In this document: positions 47,132 through 50,874 of the stretch, piece after piece | Layout of the letters: each line of letters begins with the position of its first letter | Position numbering within the stretch: the first letter of the stretch is position 1 | Assembly (NCBI GenBank): GCA_044448905.1 | Contig: JBIOHJ010000003.1 | Span: 1 to 50,874 of the forward strand | Direction of reading: 5' to 3' | DNA: 50,874 nt | Origin: Bacteroidia bacterium | GTDB taxonomy: Bacteria; Bacteroidota; Bacteroidia; AKYH767-A; OLB10 | The notes under the pieces: model-generated | What the model saw: the letters and a program-made list of their open reading frames with translations, nothing else | What the model was told of the DNA's origin: nothing | Database searches by the model: none | Program-made: the position numbers and the translations under genes

Positions 47132-47651
47132 TAAGATTCAGGTAAAATGATGAAGTAGTTACAGTGTTACTTTTATGTAAAGCGCGGTCGCTTACATATA
47201 TATCTAATTTAAAAGTATCCTTCGGAGAAATAAGTTCCCATGCAAGATTCTTCACTTCAATATCAACAATTAAATCTCCGGCTGTAGCCTTACTGTTGTC
47301 TTCACTTTCAATAGCCGGAATGCGGTAATGCGGTGGAAAATCAGCTGGAAATATGAATTCCGTAAATGAACCGTTATCCATATAATAAATTTTCATAAAA
47401 AAATTATAATAAAACTCACTGCCGGGATTAAAAGGAGAACTCGTATCGCCCGCACGGTATCCCAAATCCCCATCGCCATCAGTAAACGAAATAGTAAGCC
47501 TTACAAGAGTATCAATGCCATCTGCACCGGTAAATTTTACAACATCCTTAAATTCAACAATTGGCTCATTGGGATAATCTTTAGTGTTATGGCACGAAAA
47601 CATTAATTCCATTAATATGAATGCCACGAATAAAAATAATTTGCTTTTCAT
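47124..47651 (-). CDS. Hypothetical lipoprotein
   Basis: Lipobox FSC; YPNEP, SFTDGDGDLG, DRALHKSN motifs. Confidence 0.8.
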   Translation of the reverse strand: MKSKLFLFVAFILMELMFSCHNTKDYPNEPIVEFKDVVKFTGADGIDTLVRLTISFTDGDGDLGYRAGDTSSPFNPGSEFYYNFFMKIYYMDNGSFTEFIFPADFPPHYRIPAIESEDNSKATAGDLIVDIEVKNLAWELISPKDTFKLDIYVSDRALHKSNTVTTSSFYLNLTN

Positions 47652-47761
47652 TTTTATAATTCAACTACTAAAGTACTAAATTATTGTTTAGCGACAGATA
47701 ATAGCCGCAATATTTTTATTTTTGATAATTAAAAATTGAATAGAACAAATTAATAAAACAA

Positions 47762-48277
47762 ATGCCAATCATAAAACCTATTCGCGGAATTCACCCTGCA
47801 TTCGGAAAGAATTGCTTCATTGCTGATAACGCAACGGTGGTTGGCGAAGTGGTAACGGGTGATGATTGCAGCATCTGGTTTAATGCAGTGGTGCGTGGTG
47901 ATGTAAATTCAATTTCTATAGGTAACAAAGTAAACGTTCAGGATGGTGCAATCATTCACTGCACATACCAGAAAGCAAAAACAGTTATTGGAAACAATGT
48001 TTCCATAGGCCACAATGCCATTGTTCACGGATGCACCATTCACGACAATGTGCTGGTGGGAATGGGAGCCATTGTTATGGACAATTCGGTGGTAGAAGAG
48101 AACTCAGTAATTGCTGCGGGTGCTGTAGTTTTAGAAAATACGTGTGTAGCAGCAGGCAGCGTTTATGCTGGTATACCCGCAACAAAAGTAAAAGATGTTT
48201 CACCACAAATTTTTAAAGACCTTAATGAACGCATTGCAAATAATTATGTAATGTACAAGGAATGGTATAAGACTTAA
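47762..48277 (+). CDS. Gamma-carbonic anhydrase family protein
   Basis: Hexapeptide repeats; WFNAVVRGDVN, NVQDGAIIH, IGHNAIVHGC. Confidence 0.94.
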   Translation: MPIIKPIRGIHPAFGKNCFIADNATVVGEVVTGDDCSIWFNAVVRGDVNSISIGNKVNVQDGAIIHCTYQKAKTVIGNNVSIGHNAIVHGCTIHDNVLVGMGAIVMDNSVVEENSVIAAGAVVLENTCVAAGSVYAGIPATKVKDVSPQIFKDLNERIANNYVMYKEWYKT

Positions 48278-48339
48278 CACTAAAAGTTAAGTTTCCAAAG
48301 CTGCGGTAAATCTTTTTTAAATAAACAGCAGTACTTTAC

Positions 48340-48489
48340 TCAAAACAAGGTATAAATAAATGGAGCTACAGCCGATCCCCCTCCTATAATTATTAATACT
48401 CCAAGCAACAACAATACAATAATCATTGGTGCAAGCCACCATTTCTTGCGCTCTTTTAAAAAATTCCAGAGGTCTTTCAGTATTTCCAT
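48340..48489 (-). CDS. Small membrane protein, DUF5989/SxtK-like (49 aa)
   Basis: Not in the ORF track; MEILKDLWNFLKERKKWWLAPMIIVLLLLGVLIIIGGGSAVAPFIYTLF* carries the RKKWWLxP and APFIYTLF signature. Confidence 0.88.
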   Translation of the reverse strand: MEILKDLWNFLKERKKWWLAPMIIVLLLLGVLIIIGGGSAVAPFIYTLF

Positions 48490-48515
48490 TTTTTATTCGG
48501 TTTTGAATTGTAAAA

Positions 48516-49682
48516 TTAATTCATTTTTGGGAAGTGCTCACTATATAGCGAATCTATCTGAGGGAATATGGTTTTGGCAACCACCTCGCCACCTAAAGGA
48601 GTAAGATGCACATGATCAATAAATAATTGTTTTTCTTTATAAAGAGGATAGTCAAATACCGGGTTCATATCAACAAAGGCAACTTCATATTTAGAAGTTA
48701 AATTTTTCAAATCGCTAACCACATAAGGGTACATTGTTCTTTGGTCGGGGTCTTTGCGGAGAAATGAAGCCTCCTCTTTCGACAATAAACCATAATTGCG
48801 TAAGGCAAGAATAGGCTGTAGAATTACCATCGTTTTAATATTAAAATTTTTTAAAATTCCAAGATTAATTTCAACGCTGCGCAAATATCCTTTTTTAGAA
48901 GTGATATTATAATCATCAATTAATTCAGCATCATTTTTTGTTTCAATCCGAAGTGCTATAGTATAAATATTTTTATCCGCATCGCGGTTTAGTTTCCATG
49001 CATACAGGCCTTTAAAAAAGGCACTGTATTTTGAAAACCATAAAACAGCGTAATCTACCAGGCCTTTTAACGAAGGATTTTGTAACCTGAATTTCCAATA
49101 TTGGTACCTGTTATTCTTGAAATAATCATAAGCCGGGTTATTAATAAAATGATCATTGATGCCGTCAAAAAAAATAAACAAATCCGGATTATAATTAAGC
49201 AGTTCTTCCATAATATAGGCCGTGTGTTGATTCACCACATAACCGGTTACCGCAGCATTTATGACCTCAATATTTTTATCTGGATGTTTTTCTTTCAGTA
49301 TTTTTTCGAGATAATAATCAATTGTTTCATTCATATAAATATGCCTTAGGGGGTAGGGCGGGGAACTCGAAATTCCATGCGCAGCGCTTCCCCCCATAAA
49401 AAAAACCCGGAAAGTATTTGTCGGTTTCTTTAAGGCTACTTCGGTCATTCGCCTGAATCCCTGTCCGTTTATTTTAATCCAGTCTTTACCATCTTTTCCT
49501 TCCGTAAAGTTTGGAATGTGTTCATATATGCGATAGGAATTGAATCTGAATTTCGGGTTAGGAGATTTCTCGAGAATTTTAGTGAGGTAAATTTTTCCGA
49601 AAATTTCAAGACACACCAGGATAAACAAGAACAAAAACAGAAAATACAATATGTTTTTTCTGTTAAAAAATTTAGAAGGCAT
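48516..49682 (-). CDS. Membrane-anchored SGNH/GDSL hydrolase family protein
   Basis: N-terminal TM, INGQGFR, GGSAAHG, VINAAVTGY, FDGIND, FIDHVH (DxxH). Confidence 0.85.
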   Translation of the reverse strand: MPSKFFNRKNILYFLFLFLFILVCLEIFGKIYLTKILEKSPNPKFRFNSYRIYEHIPNFTEGKDGKDWIKINGQGFRRMTEVALKKPTNTFRVFFMGGSAAHGISSSPPYPLRHIYMNETIDYYLEKILKEKHPDKNIEVINAAVTGYVVNQHTAYIMEELLNYNPDLFIFFDGINDHFINNPAYDYFKNNRYQYWKFRLQNPSLKGLVDYAVLWFSKYSAFFKGLYAWKLNRDADKNIYTIALRIETKNDAELIDDYNITSKKGYLRSVEINLGILKNFNIKTMVILQPILALRNYGLLSKEEASFLRKDPDQRTMYPYVVSDLKNLTSKYEVAFVDMNPVFDYPLYKEKQLFIDHVHLTPLGGEVVAKTIFPQIDSLYSEHFPKMN

Positions 49683-49713
49683 AAAATTCCAATTTGTGTA
49701 ATCTTTTTCGTAA

Positions 49714-49746
49714 ATAAAAAAGCAGTTCTTAAATTTAAGAACTGCT
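49714..49746 (-). terminator. Intrinsic terminator
   Basis: Minus strand AGCAGTTCTTA-AATT-TAAGAACTGCT followed by TTTTTAT, downstream of the 49790-50215 gene. Confidence 0.8.
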
Positions 49747-49789
49747 AATAATAAATTACTGTTTTATTAATGGATATTCCAAAAACAGT

Positions 49790-50215
49790 TTATTTGCTTT
49801 GCGTTGTCGAAACGGTTCCCTTAAAAGGGTATTTTTCAGCTGGCTGACCTGGCTTTTCGACAATCATACCACCGGAAACTTCTCCGTTCTTAATATATCC
49901 ATTCCAAATTTTGGTTCCTTCTTTTTCACTGGTAGCCCTGAACTCAAAATAATCACCCATTTCCCCGGCAGGTTTATACAGATATCCTTCAGGTTTAAAG
50001 CCAGTCTGGCGGGCATTTTGTGAATCGAAATTGCGGTCTTTAAAACTGATCTCATCAGTCATTACCTGAGCTGGGTTAGCACGATTCTCAAGAGTGATTT
50101 TAAAAGATTTACCTTCTAAACTCATAGTTTGTGACTCACGGTTTTGCGCATAAGTTGAAGAGAAGATTGTCAAGGACAATAGCATGCAAAATGCTGAAGT
50201 AAGAATTGCTTTCAT
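49790..50215 (-). CDS. Hypothetical exported protein
   Basis: Signal peptide ending TYA-Q; small beta-rich body; own terminator. Confidence 0.75.
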   Translation of the reverse strand: MKAILTSAFCMLLSLTIFSSTYAQNRESQTMSLEGKSFKITLENRANPAQVMTDEISFKDRNFDSQNARQTGFKPEGYLYKPAGEMGDYFEFRATSEKEGTKIWNGYIKNGEVSGGMIVEKPGQPAEKYPFKGTVSTTQSK

Positions 50216-50354
50216 GTTTTTATTTTTTTGTTTTGATTTAATGATACTTGGGAGGTTTTATTTCTATTTGAGTGAACGAAGATAAAACATTTTTTTTGAA
50301 TCGGATATATTACCTTAAAATTTTTTTGTAATCGTTTTAAAAGGGTAAAAGGAG

Positions 50355-50874
50355 TTATTCGCGAACCATAATTTCTTCGCCAACTAATTGTTTTACAGCG
50401 CTCATTATAGCAGCAGCATCAAATTCACATTCGTAATACAGCTCCTTTTGCTCACCATGTTCTATGAATCGATCGGGGATTCCTAATCGTTTACACTGAA
50501 CAGAATAATTATTATCAATGATAAATTCAGCTATAGCGCTGCCAAATCCCCCCTGGATTGCAGCATCCTCAACGGTAATTATTTTTCGGTATTTGCTGAA
50601 TATTTCATGTAACAATTCAACATCCAAAGGTTTCACAAACCTCATATCATAATGTGCAGGATAAAACCCTTCATCAGATAAACGTTTGCAGGCCTCCACT
50701 GCAAAATTGCCGGGATGTCCAATCGTTAGCAAGGCAATTTCTTCTCCATCCCTGATTTTTCTTCCGGTACCAATTTCTATTTCAGCCAATGGCTGTTTCC
50801 ATTCAATCATCACTCCGTTTCCACGAGGATACCGGATAGTAAATGGTCCTGTTCTTTTTAATTGTGCGGTGTAC
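50355..50874 (-). CDS. dxs: 1-deoxy-D-xylulose-5-phosphate synthase, C-terminal part (runs off the window end)
   Basis: GPFTIRYPRG, HYDMRFVKPLD, ITVED...GGFGSA, LGIPDRFIEHG. Confidence 0.93.
   Translation of the reverse strand, partial: YTAQLKRTGPFTIRYPRGNGVMIEWKQPLAEIEIGTGRKIRDGEEIALLTIGHPGNFAVEACKRLSDEGFYPAHYDMRFVKPLDVELLHEIFSKYRKIITVEDAAIQGGFGSAIAEFIIDNNYSVQCKRLGIPDRFIEHGEQKELYYECEFDAAAIMSAVKQLVGEEIMVRE

Overview
AT-rich chromosomal segment of an aerobic Bacteroidota organism (gldH, four T9SS C-terminal-domain cargo genes, TAnnTTTG -7 promoter elements). Most of it is housekeeping: pgk (partial), holB-ricT-gldH, dprA, kbl, mgtE, thyA, feoAB, usp, alkD, sucB, Nfu, LuxE-like, tyrS, trhO, a heme-copper oxidase accessory cluster, trpS, plsC, trmB, a cobalamin riboswitch with btuB-btuG, gamma-carbonic anhydrase and dxs (partial). 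I saw no transposase, integrase, reverse transcriptase, CRISPR array, rRNA or tRNA. The most striking unexplained signal is several families of tiny repeats (7-mer tandem arrays, 8/9-mer-based palindromes, GC-rich REP-like hairpins). They occupy promoter spacers and gene 3' ends, and also sit in-frame inside proteins: equivalent loops of two T9SS sorting domains, the SucB linker and a LuxE-like enzyme. Other candidates are a 59-nt three-way-junction RNA with a T-loop-like arm, a coupled membrane protein + secreted SH3/ComEC-type metallo-hydrolase pair, a PPP-tailed upstream ORF before a metal-type TonB receptor, two small genes missing from the ORF track, and several apparently leaderless genes. 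All calls come from reading motifs by eye; no database search was run.
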